From assembly GCF_964204645.1 (NCBI RefSeq), contig NC_134026.1, forward strand, positions 19,846,467 through 19,910,466: a DNA stretch of 64,000 nucleotides, read 5' to 3'. The notes under the pieces are model-generated. The model made no database searches. It was not told where the DNA came from and was given only the letters and a program-made list of their open reading frames with translations. Source of the stretch: Tubulanus polymorphus. Taxonomy: Eukaryota > Animalia > Nemertea. This document shows, one piece after another, positions 24,050-35,910 of the stretch (within the stretch, counting starts at the first letter, position 1; every line of letters begins with the position of its first letter). A program made the position numbers and the translations under genes.

Positions 24050-26040
24050 ACGCAACCCCAGAACATTTATATGAACTGGATGACTTTTTCGATTTAGGGG
24101 ATCACAGCCCATTGAATGCCCATTTTAGTGTAGAAGAAATAAAAAAGGCCATTAATTTGTTAAGTAACAACAAAGCCCCTGGCGTCGACGAGATATCCAA
24201 TGAGATTTTAAAGCATTCTCAGGATGAAATACTACCAATTTTGTTGGGACATTTTAATAATGTATTGGATACGGGAATGATTCCAGAAAATTGGGGGATC
24301 GGAATAATAATACCTATATATAAGGGCAAAGGTAACCGCGAAGACCCTGAAAACTACAGAGGAATAACCCTTTTGAGTTGCGTCGGAAAACTTTTTACTA
24401 ATATACTCAACCAGCGTCTGAAGCAATACCTAGAAGTGAACAACCTCCTCTTAAGGAATCAGGCCGGTTTCCGAAAGGATCACGGAATACTAGATCATAT
24501 ATTTACCTTGTAAAGCATTGTAGACTAATTGTTTTTTTGCAAATGGTAAGAAATTATATTGTATTTTTATAGATTTTCAAACATGTTTTGACACAATAAA
24601 CCGAAAGGCCTTATGGCAAAAGCTCATCCAATTAGGAATCACCGGTAAAATTCTCAAAGTGATCCATAATCTATGTGAAAATGCAAAATCCTGCATTAGA
24701 GTGAATGGAGAAATTTCTGATTACTTAGAGAGTTTTACAGGATTAAGACAGGGGGAAAACCTCTCGCCTGTGGTTTTTTCAATATTTGTAAACGACTCAG
24801 AGGAATATTTATCAAATGAAGGGTGCTCAGGGATAAACTTTTTAACAGATGATGATAATTTATGGATTAAATTATTATCGCTTCTTTATGCTGATGATAC
24901 CGTCTTATTATCGGAGAGCCTAGAAAACATTCAGCTTTTGGCTAGCAAAATGGCTGAATACTGCGAAAAGTGGCAACTGAAAAACAATTACGCCAAAACG
25001 AAGGTTATAATTTTTGAAAAAAGGAAGAGCCGTCGTCGGCCTGACATAACTATAAACAGTCACCATATTGAAGCGGTGGATCACTTTAGATATCTAGGAA
25101 TTATTTTCGACTACAATAGAAAATTCACTCTGTGTAAGAAGTCTGTATTTGAGCATGCCAACAGGGCTATATTCTTTAAACTGAACAAAGTTCAAGAACA
25201 TTCGCTTGCAATTGACATAGCTTTAAAACTTTATGACAGCATGGTTCTATCGATACTTATACATTCGGATGTGAGATTTGGGGGATGGAGAACATATCAA
25301 TTTTGGAGAAAATACAATTGAAATTTTTTAATACATTCTTGAACTGAAAAGGTCTACCCCAAATATGTTTGTATATGGCGAACTAGGCCGATATCCGTTG
25401 GAATTAACGGTCAAATATCGAATGATAAAATTGTGGGCCAAGCTTTTAAACAGCAACAAACTGTCTTCTGACATGTATCATATGCCACTAAAATCGCATG
25501 AAAATGGCAATTTGAACCCCTGGATATCCTTTGTCCGCAAACCATTAGAAACAAATGGTCTTGGGAATTTGTGGCACGACCAGACACCCCTAATCCTGAT
25601 TACGCAGCACACAGCCTTTCTTTGCGACTGAGGGACCAATACGTTCAAAACTGGGATAACCAATGTAAGATTTCTAATATTGCCGACTCGTATAGAATTT
25701 TTAATGGGGCTCTGAAAACTATTTAGCTGAATTACCTGATCATCTAAGGATATCATTTTGCAGATTCCTATGTTCCAACCATCCCCTCCCAATAGAAAAG
25801 GGAGATGTAATCGTATACCCCGAGCAGACAGGCTGTGTACTAAGTGCGATATGGGAGTTGTATGTGATGAATTTCACTTTATATTTATTTGTCCTTTTTT
25901 CAATGACCAGCGCAGGAAGTATGTCAAGCAATATTATATAAACAATCCTACATCGCATAAATTTAAAGTTATTTAGAGTTATTTTGTGCAACTGGCGTGA
26001 AATTAAAAAACCTCATTTTATATATACAGAAATGTTTTAA
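24050..26040 (+). mobile_element. 5'-truncated, frameshifted non-LTR (LINE) retrotransposon: reverse transcriptase domain plus a C-terminal Cys-rich region
   Basis: ORFs 24112..24513 and 24659..25321 encode RT motifs (KAPGVDEISNEILK, NYRGITLLSCVGKLF, FRK..., YADDTVLL), with a frameshift between them. 25758..25976 encodes CTKCDMGVVCDEFHFIFICPFF (zinc-knuckle-like ORF2 tail). Confidence 0.8.
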
Positions 26041-26753
26041 GATAAATTGTTACCTAAGTGCAGTGTTATAAATGCCAGATAATGCACTCGTTGCATATAT
26101 ATGTCCACCAATTGTATATATTGTCAATTTTCATTGTCTGTAATTTGTATAATAATGTATCTTGTAACTGGCTTTTGTAAATTTTGTGAGCAATAAATCT
26201 ATCCATCCATGATTTCGTTTTAGCTCTTTAATATACTCCAGGGTTATAAAATAATGAATAATAACATTCCCGCTATGGAACTATTCTCGTGACCAACGCC
26301 ACCACATTTGGGGAGGGCCGACGACCAACCTCGGGACCTGATTCGCCCACCAAGCCCCCAAGAATTAATGTTCTTAGTTCTGGTGAGGAAACAAGCCCGG
26401 AGCTGTCTCGGTTTCCAAACATGTAGACGTTGACACTTGACTAATCCCTTAGGATTTAGGATTTTTACAATTGTCTTGAAACCTAAATCCAAAAATTTCT
26501 TATCAATCCGAGACATAAACTGAACCAGTAACAAGCAAATAAACAGTAGATAATCATTAAGCCAATACTTGCCGTTTGTGAATTTCTAGTGAAAGAAAGC
26601 AAATAGACCTCGAAAAACTAGTAGTCAAAACATACCTGTTTATGAATTCCCAGTGAATTGATCAAAAATTGCCTATCATAACAGTAATGCTCTACAACCG
26701 CGAGATATACAAGCTCAAATAGATCAGTGCCGTACATACACCAGGAATCGAAG

Positions 26754-26781
26754 ATGAAACTATTTCAAGATCATTTTACAG
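26754..26781 (+). CDS. TCTP paralog A, exon 1: MKLFQDHFT(G)
   Basis: ATG at 26754; donor G|gtaaca. Canonical TCTP N-terminus (MIIYKDIISGDE family). The 28-nt exon is identical in length to exon 1 of copy B. Confidence 0.7.
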
Positions 26782-27179
26782 GTAACATTTATGACCATCG
26801 ATGAAACACTCCATGTTGTAACGATGATACATGTATGAAGTATTAAAAGAATGAACAAAATATTCTAGAGCAGGGGCGGATCTAGGGGGGGGGGTGGATG
26901 AGTAACCCACGCTCCTGAAATTTTAAGAACTTCCTTAAAAACTTCCGTATTATTTTTTCCATTTTTCATTTTTTTCTAATTGTGGCCTACAGAGTAAAAT
27001 GTTCTTGGTGGGTATTTAGGTTTCCGCCCGCCGAAGGATACGCCAACATAAACCCTGACCGTTAACCCTTCATCTCCCCAAATGAAGACCCTGCGTATTT
27101 GCCTCTGTAGAGCACACCGACGTAACTGGTTACTGTTGATGTTCATGGATAGAATTCAACTTCTCAATTCAACTTTTAG

Positions 27180-27358
27180 GAAAAGACGTATTTAACGATG
27201 CCTTTAAATACACGCTCGTCGACGACCTGTACTATATAGTAGAAGATGATGGACAGGAAGAATGTGATGAAAAACCGGAAGTAAGCGTTATTGCCGCCTG
27301 CAAACTAGAAGAGGCATCCACTATTGTTACGAAAAATGACTTCAAACAACATTTAAAG
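27180..27358 (+). CDS. TCTP paralog A, exon 2: (G)KDVFNDAFKYTLVDDLYYIVEDDGQEECDEKPEVSVIAACKLEEASTIVTKNDFKQHLK. It lacks the flexible-loop segment present in copy B.
   Basis: Acceptor aacttttag; donor AAG|gtatgt. Aligns with TCTP [24 protein letters not shown] ... [29 protein letters not shown]. Confidence 0.75.
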
Positions 27359-28122
27359 GTATGTATTTTCATATTCGCATGGATCGTTCTTTTCCCGGGC
27401 ACAAAACGGATGATTCTTATTAAAGCGCAGCACTGCAGTTAAATACCCTGAAAACTATGAGGCCAGATATTTTTGGATTTTAAATTTCACATGAAAGAGG
27501 GGGTTTATACGCAAAGTTACTGAAATATTTGAATTTTTTCGAAAATCATATAAAAAACTAACGAATTTCAAATCTGAATACCCTGACATTTTTGCCAGAT
27601 TAGACTAGAGATTCGCACGGTTTAAATGTTGCTAAAACCGCCAAAATCTAAGTGTGTGAAGTTAGTTTGAAAACCGTCAAAGTTCGTTTGTATTAACCGT
27701 GAAATTAGTTAGTTTGCGAAGTTAGTTTGACGATGGACGAATTGACGATCAACAAAACCGTCAAACTCAAAGGAAATAATCCGCCGCAGTATATCGAGTC
27801 CGGTATCACGTTTCTCGCGTTTGTCATAGCGAGTCGTGGGCTCGGTCCTCGATGCGATATGACCCGAAGATCCGCTATTGAAGATACGTATATCATCTAC
27901 CGCGTTCTGGCAGATCAAAATGTATAATCTATTGCCCCGGTCGTGGGGTGATACGACCTAGTAAACTTTTTCGCTCGAAATGTGCTCTAATAAAGTTATG
28001 CATTTTACCGTGTGATAGATTCGTCAAAATTAGCCATTCGTCCCTTTTGGTCAATCGTCGCTTCGTCAATCTGTTTTGACGAATTGACGATTGAAGAATA
28101 TTGACAAAACCGTCAAAATTGT

Positions 28123-28400
28123 ATGGAAGCCCTGAAACGACATTACGAATTACGAGTTACGTTTTACAAATTACATTTTACGTTTTACGAATTACGAGTT
28201 ACGTTTTACAAATTACGAGTTAGGTTAACGATTTACCATATAAGCTCCCTGCATTGCGTATGTCGCGCGAGGTCAAGGTCTTATACAATTACGTTTTACG
28301 AATTACGTTTTACGACTTACGTTCTACGAATTACGTTTTACGAATTATGTTTTACGAATTTCGTTTTACGAATTACGTTTAACGACTTACGTTTTCTATT
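28123..28400. repeat. Satellite-like tandem array of 8/16-bp units (ttacgaat tacgtttt) forming the left arm of a foldback-like structure
   Basis: Repeated ttacgaattacgttttacgaattacgagttacg. Its reverse complement recurs at 29040-29165. ORF 28123..28455 is an artefact of the repeat. Confidence 0.8.
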
Positions 28401-29039
28401 GACTTATTGGCTATTGCTTCAAAAGTTTTTCGGAAAAACACGGGCTTTGCAATGAAGTCGAATCATGACGAAGAATGAATCTGACTGAATTTATTTTGCA
28501 TTTTGAAATATATACATGTATATCCGTGAAATTGAGGGAGTTTATCGTACGCATTTTTATTACAAGTAATAATGAGACCAAGGAAGTCAAAAAGTGACAT
28601 GATAATTTCAAAATGATCAAAAGTATAGAGATTCAGCCTGCATACGCCCGGATTCATTAGATAATAAATTACAAACACTAACACTGTCCTGTTTGGCAAG
28701 GAAGGGCACGATGATTAAGACGATACAAAACTGGAAATTATTCGGGCTTCATGGAGATAAAAAGAAATTGGACTCCATATCGGTGCAGATACAATTCTTC
28801 AATTGTAACAAATGATCATAACAAGTCTTAGCTTTTAATTATGAAAATATATATTTTTATTTGAAAGAAAAGCGTTTGTCATCCATCATCGTTATTAGTT
28901 GAAGTATTCGGCAAAAAATTACAATCGATTTCACCACAGTGCTGCCTTCTGCTTGCTACCCAAAGTTTAATATTCACGACACGGAGAGTGCACCACAACC
29001 TTGACCTCTTGTGAGAAATTGAACCGAAATGTAGTGGTA

Positions 29040-29165
29040 AATCGTTGCCCAAAATAACTCGTAAGACGTAATTCGTAAAACGTAATTCGTAAAACGTAAT
29101 TCGTAAAACGTAAAACGTATTTCGTAAAACGTAATTCGTAAAACGTAAAACGTAATTCGTTATGT
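29040..29165. repeat. Right arm (reverse-complement satellite cgtaaaacgtaattcg) of the foldback-like element in the TCTP-A intron
   Basis: cgtaagacgtaattcgtaaaacgtaattcgtaaaacg is the reverse complement of the 28123-28400 array. Confidence 0.8.
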
Positions 29166-29519
29166 CGTTTCGTTCAGGGCTTCCATAAAATTGTCTCAAG
29201 AAGTCAAACTCAATATCCACATCGCACTAATAATAACCGCGGTACAATTATCGAGTCATGAATCAAGTTTCTTACCTCGGTCAGAGCCAGCCAAAATCCA
29301 TCTATGGTCCAATGAAATTTGACAAAACACGCATCACAAATAGTTTTTAAAAAAGAGAATAAATAATAATACAGGACAAAATACTGTATAGCCTAACAAA
29401 ATGGCGGCTAGCAATTGTAAAATGATTTATCATCTGGTCCCGTTTCGGCCACTCACAAATGTTTGGCTTGAATTTTCTAATCGGCATTACGAATATATTG
29501 TTAAATGTTCTTTTTGTAG

Positions 29520-29649
29520 TCGTGGTCGAAGAAATTGCTTGCTAGAATCAAGGAAACCGATGCGGAAAGAGCTGAATTTTTAAAGAAACATTTACCAGAT
29601 TTTACTGAGAAACTTGTTGATGATTATGACGCATTAAGCTTCTATGCCA
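29520..29649 (+). CDS. TCTP paralog A, exon 3: SWSKKLLARIKETDAERAEFLKKHLPDFTEKLVDDYDALSFYA
   Basis: Acceptor ttctttttgtag; donor A|gtcagt. The 130-nt exon has the same length and phase as exon 4 of copy B. Aligns with TCTP [41 protein letters not shown]. Confidence 0.75.
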
Positions 29650-29729
29650 GTCAGTAAAAAACACCGTCGACATTTCTGTCGCAATTTCATTTAACCAATA
29701 CTCTATGTTTTGTCATTTCAATCTTACAG

Positions 29730-29851
29730 CTGAGGACGATGAATACGATTTGGAAGGTGGTATCTATTTGCTCAGATATCGCGACCCAGTCAATGAAAAA
29801 GAGCCATATCTGACTGTTTTGAAAGATGCCGGTTCTTTCGTTCAGATATAA
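29730..29851 (+). CDS. TCTP paralog A, terminal exon: (T)EDDEYDLEGGIYLLRYRDPVNEKEPYLTVLKDAGSFVQI*
   Basis: Acceptor atcttacag; stop TAA at 29849-51. The 122-nt exon matches copy B. Aligns with the TCTP C-terminus [28 protein letters not shown]. Confidence 0.75.
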
Positions 29852-30094
29852 ATTTCGTGTCCTTCCCATCACCAAAAATGATGATTTTACTATAATAATC
29901 CAAAAATAAAGTCTATATTGTACTCGGAGACAGCGGTGTTGAACGTGTTCTTTCATTGTGGATCCATTTCGATACCCGCGGCGAAGTATGCGCCGACGAT
30001 TCGGACTCGAGAGAATATACATATATACTTGTGGGCTGCACTGCCACTTATGAGGACCAGGTCCGTAAGAGAAGAAGAGAGTAAACCGGGAGAA

Positions 30095-30255
30095 CACGTC
30101 TTTACTGTATCAGCATCATAAGACAACTAACTTTATTTCCTATACTGTAAACTACACTAAAAAGAGTACATGTGGTCAAGTAATTACATAGATCCATCAT
30201 CTTGACAGCTGCGGTTCAAAGACTACTTCAAAGAATACTTCGGCTGTTGCCGACA
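30095..30255. repeat. Direct repeat of about 160 bp; second copy at 30752-30905, with about 500 bp between them
   Basis: cgtctttactgtatcagcatcataagacaactaa(c/a)tttatttcctata...tcggctgttgccgaca is repeated nearly perfectly. Could be LTR-like or a segmental tandem duplication. Confidence 0.8.
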
Positions 30256-30751
30256 CTGCCGGGGGGCCAAGGTGTGGTTTAGCATGTCAAGTCTGGTAGT
30301 AAAGTAAACAAAGTACGTAAGTAAATCTAGCAAATACGAGGAAAATTAAAAAATTAAAAGTAATTAAAACGTTATACATGAATTCGAAGAAGGCAAATTT
30401 AAGTACAGTGAGTATAATGATAAGCGATCGTCTAATTTGAATTTCTAACAGGCATTGCGTTGTGTTTGTAACATATTTGATATAATTATGAATTCTAAAA
30501 TCATATTAGTTTAATGTAATCATCATTTAAACATTAATCTACATTTCCTACATTCATTGATAAACATAGTTCATAGAAATGTTATTTATGAAAGCATATT
30601 GAAGAAATTGATAAGCATTTAAATACATGTAGCGGTATATATAATCATACGTAATTGAGAATTTCAGCAAATTAAGGTTATAGGCGTAAACAGTAAACAT
30701 TTTAACGAGTCATTAATTACAGTCGGGGTGGCGCGTGATTTTCGTTCGTGT

Positions 30752-30905
30752 TTACTGTATCAGCATCATAAGACAACTAAATTTATTTCCTATAATGTAA
30801 ACTACACTAAAAAGAGTACATGTGGTCAAGTAATTACATAGATCCATCATCTTGACAGCTGCGGTTCAAAGACTACTTCAAAGAATACTTCGGCTGTTGC
30901 CGACA
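30752..30905. repeat. Second copy of the 160-bp direct repeat
   Basis: See 30095-30255. Confidence 0.8.
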
Positions 30906-31338
30906 ACTACTGTATACTCTTTACCAATAAGAAGAGGGCTCCAGGAAAAAATCTCAACCTCAGAATGCATCTTGTATACATTTTCTGTTTTACTCCGATG
31001 AGGGGCTTCGTTCTTCGGGCGCTCGCGCAAGCACACACCTAACTTTGGAACGTTTATCGTGTTAAAATGCCAACCCTTTCAGTGGCATAGTCACTAGGAG
31101 TGACGATGAAATCCGATAGATCCTGGCAGTCACCTGCCAGGTGACACGTTACTTACTAACCTACTTACTTTCACTAGATGACAACCAGTCGAATCTGGCT
31201 GCTCAAACTTAATGTCTTACAGTCGTTTAAATGCTCTAGTACTGATAAAAAGTGCTGGCTATGTTTTTTATTAGCAAACTAGGTCATGTAAACAAATACG
31301 TGACCTAAATTTGACATAAGGAATGAAAAGATAGATAT

Positions 31339-31500
31339 GTGCATGTCGGATACGAATTCGTGTTGCTCGGATTGAAAATGATCGTCGCTCACGTGGTGGA
31401 AGTCGATTTACGAAGATCTCCCGATAGGAATTACATGAAAAAGTTACGAGTCGCACCAGATCCTCCGCTCGAATTGTACATTTTAGCTGCTTTTAGAATG
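31339..31500 (+). pseudogene. Pseudogenised fragment of the CYP4 terminal exon (heme-loop to C-terminus), about 11 kb downstream of the intact gene
   Basis: MHVGYEFVLLGLKMIVAHVVEVDLRRSPDRNYMKKLRVAPDPPLELYILAA versus intact MCIGYKFALLEMKMIVARALRSFRFTKIPGSNYTKKIRVTMRPDPPLELYIKAV. Indel, heme Cys lost (MHVGY), and no acceptor context. Confidence 0.7.
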
Positions 31501-32142
31501 AATTTTGAGAGTTTTGATTTTTAGATGATTATTAATCAATAGATGCGTGTTAACGAGATGAGCCCCATTTTCAAATGGGTATAGGTCTTGCGCGTGACGT
31601 CATAGTTTGTTTGCTGGCCATTTCGAGGGTCTGTCATGTAAATCACATGTATATACATGTATATATGTTTATTCGACCCATGTGGCGTAGTCACTTTGAA
31701 AAAGCACAGGGCTGCAAGACCTTTGTAATATCTATTTCGACGAACGTTTTTGTGAACGTTTTCCAAGGAGAATACAAGGAGAATTTTTTCATCTGGAAAA
31801 AATTGGTTATGATTTGTTTCTGGCAAAACATTTTGTGCATGAATTTAAAGTCAAGGCATGGGAGTTATTTTTTTTATAATCATTTCTCAACTGTTCACAC
31901 TCTTGCACTGGGATTGACCCGTTCCTGTTCAAACCATGTGTTCAATTCACTTCAATTCAATTTCAATATTTTTCATAAGAAAGCATGTTATAAGAAAGAA
32001 ACAGGACCCAGTTCGACAGTCGTAAGTTAGAGTTAACTCTGAGTTTAAGTTAGTTCATTTTCAATGTTTTAACCCAGAGTCAAATCTTAACTCGGAACTG
32101 TGGACATGGGCCCAGAACAAAAATAAAATTGAGAAGGCTTTC

Positions 32143-32470
32143 TTATGAGGGCCTAGCCACGGCCAAAAGGCTGCTATAGCAAGCACCGCTCGTTCGGTGT
32201 AGGCTCCATGTTGTCCTATTACAGCAACGGACAGCCACGTTCTCTATCACTTTGGGAAATGTTTTTGGCGATATGTTCTGCATCTCCCTGCGGATATTGT
32301 TCTTCAGTTGGTCAAGTGTTCGAGGCTTCGGGCTCCCATAGATTCTCTCTTTCAGATGACCCCACTGGAAGAAGTCTGTGGGCGCAATGTCGTGTGGATA
32401 ACCGGGCCACTCCACATCCTCATAGAGATTACTCGATCTGGAAAATGTTCACGGAGAAAATGTATTGATT
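32143..32470 (-). mobile_element. Mariner-like (Tc1/mariner superfamily) transposase C-terminal relic
   Basis: Minus ORF ...WPGYPHDIAPTDFFQWGHLKERIYGSPKPRTLDQLKNNIRREMQNISPKTFPKVIENVAVRCCNRTTW matches the mariner PYSPDLAPSDYHLF...L....I...W consensus. Upstream parts are degraded. Confidence 0.65.
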
Positions 32471-32635
32471 CTCCGGTTATGCGAGGTGGAGCCATATCCT
32501 GATACGAATAATGTTATTTCTCCTTCGGGCCTGAGTACGCTGACAGAAATAGATTCTCGTATCACATTCGGTTGTTTACTTGGTTGATGGTAACTATGTG
32601 TCCTTGGTCATCCTCACAGAAATGCGGGCTAGCCA

Positions 32636-32966
32636 CATTAGCCGCGATCACACGAGCATTTTTGGCCCGTACCAAATTTAGCTCGGAAAACTGTTCACAC
32701 GGGTGCCAAATGGGCCCGAGCCTGTTTGGCCCGACAAAAATTGTTGGACAAGGCCAAGCAAAATTTTAGCACCAGACAAATGATTGCGTTTGAATAGCAA
32801 CTGGCACCGGAAATGATCCACTTCGCTTTGTTTGAGCATTTTTTAGTATCGAGTGAATGGTTTACGTGTGAACGCGCTCTCTAATTAGGCACGGGCCAAA
32901 GTTGGCCCGAGCCTGATCCGTGCCAATTTGGCCCGGGCCAGATCGTCACCGTGTGATCGCGGCTAT
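32636..32966. repeat. Palindromic element of about 330 bp with TIRs tagccgcgatcacacg / cgtgtgatcgcggcta, adjacent to the mariner relic
   Basis: 32638-32655 agccgcgatcacacgag is the reverse complement of 32950-32966 ccgtgtgatcgcggct. Internal ggcccg-rich subrepeats (tttggcccg, ttggcccgagcctg). Confidence 0.6.
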
Positions 32967-33339
32967 TGTCGCAGTTAAAAAATCATTATAGAAACAAAAT
33001 CTCGCATGCAGGGTTCCACGGTTGCGGTCCTTATTTGTCCTTCTTTTGGAAGAAGTTTGGACAAACTTCATCTTTGTGCTTTATGTGCTTTATGCACATA
33101 TTGTTTTGTCAGTCAAAGCATTTTTGGGACACCCTGTATATGGATTAATTGATTTTATTCGAAAACATTAGAGCGATAGCCTGTGATCTAACATAAGATC
33201 CGTTTAGTTGAACTGTTTTATCAATTTGATAAAATGTGAAGAGATCTGATGCATTTTTTTTTATAAAACCTGTGAAATATCGTAAAAATGCGAAAAATTC
33301 AAGAAAACTGTAAAAAAATGTTTTGATAGCTTCTTATGC

Positions 33340-33600
33340 CAAACACGACGGAGCTCAGAATTTATTTCAGCTCAGAAATTCTATCTTAATCTTATTAGAT
33401 CGGGATGAGTAAACGCTCATATTATTGTATCTTTCAAAAAAAGTAAATTATGGTGAAAATTCAAGTGTTAATCAATTTAACCTCTGAGACAGTAATGAAC
33501 TTGATCTATATTTCATTTCATTTCATTATACTGTACCGTACAAGCATTATATAATCTATTTACATTTATATTCAGGATAACAAACTTTATATTGAGCCCG
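33340..33600. repeat. Second copy of the interspersed repeat seen at 20930-21250
   Basis: gaaaattcaagtgttaatcaatttaacc...aatgaacttgatctat...caagcattatataatctatttacattt...ttcaggataacaa. Confidence 0.6.
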
Positions 33601-34649
33601 CTTATGGATAATTTATACGCCCAGTCGAACCGGAACTTTATAATACATGTACAATTTTGCGAATATTGATTATGAAATTACCTGTTGTGATACGCGTGCA
33701 TGTATGTATTTATAAAACTTGTATGTTGTATTTTGGAGATATGATTTTAGAAAAAATAAAATTGTTCTTAAAATGATGGAGATATTTTTGAATTTAGAAA
33801 AGTCTGAAATCTTAACACCATTCGAACGTAATTATGGAAGGAACGCGGAGATGGTGGAGGCTGTGCCATTATTCAGCAGAAATTGTCAAATTACGATTCA
33901 ATAGAAATGCTACCAGAGACTTTTGAAGCATCGACAAAATCGGACATTATCAAGCCAAAATGGGGCAAGGAATATATATGTTCACTACTATAGATCGAAG
34001 AAAATACGATTGCGGTGATCCAGGGAAGTGTGATGAGATCTCATCACACTTCCCTGGCTGATCTACCATTAGTTACCGAGTGACACTGGGCGATGATATA
34101 TGATATGTTGAATTATATCATATATCATATTATTCAGCCCCTCTCAACCCCTGAAATGAACGACATAACAATATTGCGACCTAGACAACGATGATTACCA
34201 CCCGTTTACTTTAGCACTGAAAATATGAATGATAAAAGGATTATAACACAGCCGGTTTTGAGCCGATTAATTTCTGCAATGCTTTTATACGACCCAGAGC
34301 AGCGTCATTGGGGGGACGCAATCAACCATAATGGATTCCCATTGAAATTATGTGACTACGTACAAACCCGCTCTCCCGTCCGACTTCTTATAATCTTAGG
34401 GATTATATTCTTACGAGACTATAGCAGAAATGTATCTACAGTGTCAAAGTGGTATTTGCTAATATAGAAAATTGTTTCTCTTCGCTCCCCTCATCCAAAA
34501 TAGGTGACGCCGCCTCAACGGCCGTGCACTTTTTAATAAGACCAAGGCTATAAAACCTGTATGAACAGATTACATACGTTTGTATAAAGCCTGTGTGATT
34601 TGGACGAGACACAACTATACAATTCGAAAGGACACCAACGGACTTGAAA

Positions 34650-34677
34650 ATGAAAGTATTTCAAGATCATTTTACAG
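34650..34677 (+). CDS. TPT1: TCTP (TPT1) paralog B, exon 1: MKVFQDHFT(G)
   Basis: ATG at 34650; donor G|gtaatt. Near-identical to exon 1 of copy A, including the downstream intron start. Confidence 0.75.
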
Positions 34678-35511
34678 GTAATTTTCATAACCATTGATGA
34701 AATTCTCTGTTCGTGTTGTGACGATCTGAGAAAATCTAAGAAAGATGAAAGAGTATTTCTGAAGATAGCTATTAAGATATAGGCCTGGTCGAAACGCTTA
34801 TCACGACTTGTACAAGTCTGGCATATTTTTTTACGTGCCCTATATTCATTTTGCCAACAAAGATAATTGGTGCATTTTAGTGGGAGTGCGCCTAATATTG
34901 CTTTTTTGGACATCATGTGACAAGTCCTTCAAAATTGGCATTTGGGTCAGCCCCTGAAATCATAAACTCAAGGAGACTTTACTTCTTTCTTAATGTGGAA
35001 TATATTATATGTAAAGATAATTTGCATATTTGGATTGAATTAAAACAACAAGATAATCCTGTTACTTAAAGATGCCGGCCTTGAAGATTTGAGCATCGAT
35101 TTCGAAAGATTCACTATTTGGTAATCTTTTTTCATCCGTTTTGGTATGTACTTGATTTGAGGCCAAATGTTAATCCCAAATATGCGAGTTGTGAAATTGC
35201 TCCTTTTGGTATATTTTCAATAATTTTCTGCGTGAGTTCTCCTATAGGAACCGACATGTGTACCTAACAAAAAGTTCCACTGTAAATAGAAGAACTGTAA
35301 GTTAAGCTCCACGCGGGTCTCTCTGGCTTTTATGACTTATTCATTAATTCGATAATATGGAAGAACATACAAGCTACTAATTTCGGTATAACAGCCAATC
35401 AAATTGGTCCCTGGAGGTAAAGCCAGAGTACGCGGTCTGAGCCTGGTCAATCAGCAGATTAAGTCAGTGAAATATAAGGAATTGTTCACGGTTAGCAGTC
35501 ACCTTTTTCAG

Positions 35512-35582
35512 GAGAAGACGTATTTAGCGATGCATATAAATACACGCTCGTTGATGACCTGTACTATACAGTAGATGGAAAG
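35512..35582 (+). CDS. TPT1: TCTP paralog B, exon 2: (G)EDVFSDAYKYTLVDDLYYTVDGK
   Basis: Acceptor cacctttttcag; donor AAG|gtgagt. Aligns with TCTP [24 protein letters not shown]. Confidence 0.8.
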
Positions 35583-35736
35583 GTGAGTTTAGAAATCTAA
35601 AAAACAAAATTCATCCAAGTTCAAAATCTAAACACTTTAATGGAGAACCGGCTGAACTACTGCCACTCGCGACCGGTGGTATGCCGGTTCCCCATTGACA
35701 CGACGAAAATTTACAAGGATTGTTCGTGTTTTTCAG

Positions 35737-35910
35737 TGGGTATCGTCGAAAACTGCAGTAAGCGAATCACTGATTGGTGGTAATAGGTCTGCAGAAAATG
35801 ATGAACAAGAGAAGGCTGATGTAGAATGGGAAGTAGACTTTATTGGTAGTAGCACTTTAAGAGAGATAACCACTGTTGCTTCCGTTACAGACTTCAAACA
35901 ACAATGGAGC
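35737..35910 (+). CDS. TPT1: TCTP paralog B, exon 3: WVSSKTAVSESLIGGNRSAENDEQEKADVEWEVDFIGSSTLREITTVASVTDFKQQWS
   Basis: Acceptor gtgtttttcag; donor AGC|gtatgt. Contains the TCTP flexible-loop motif SLIGGNxSAE (human DDSLIGGNASAEGPEGEG). Confidence 0.75.

Noticed and set aside
28123-29220. ORFs 28123..28455 and 28879..29220 with FYELRVTFYKL repeats
   Set aside because: Translations of the ttacgaat/tacgtttt satellite arms.
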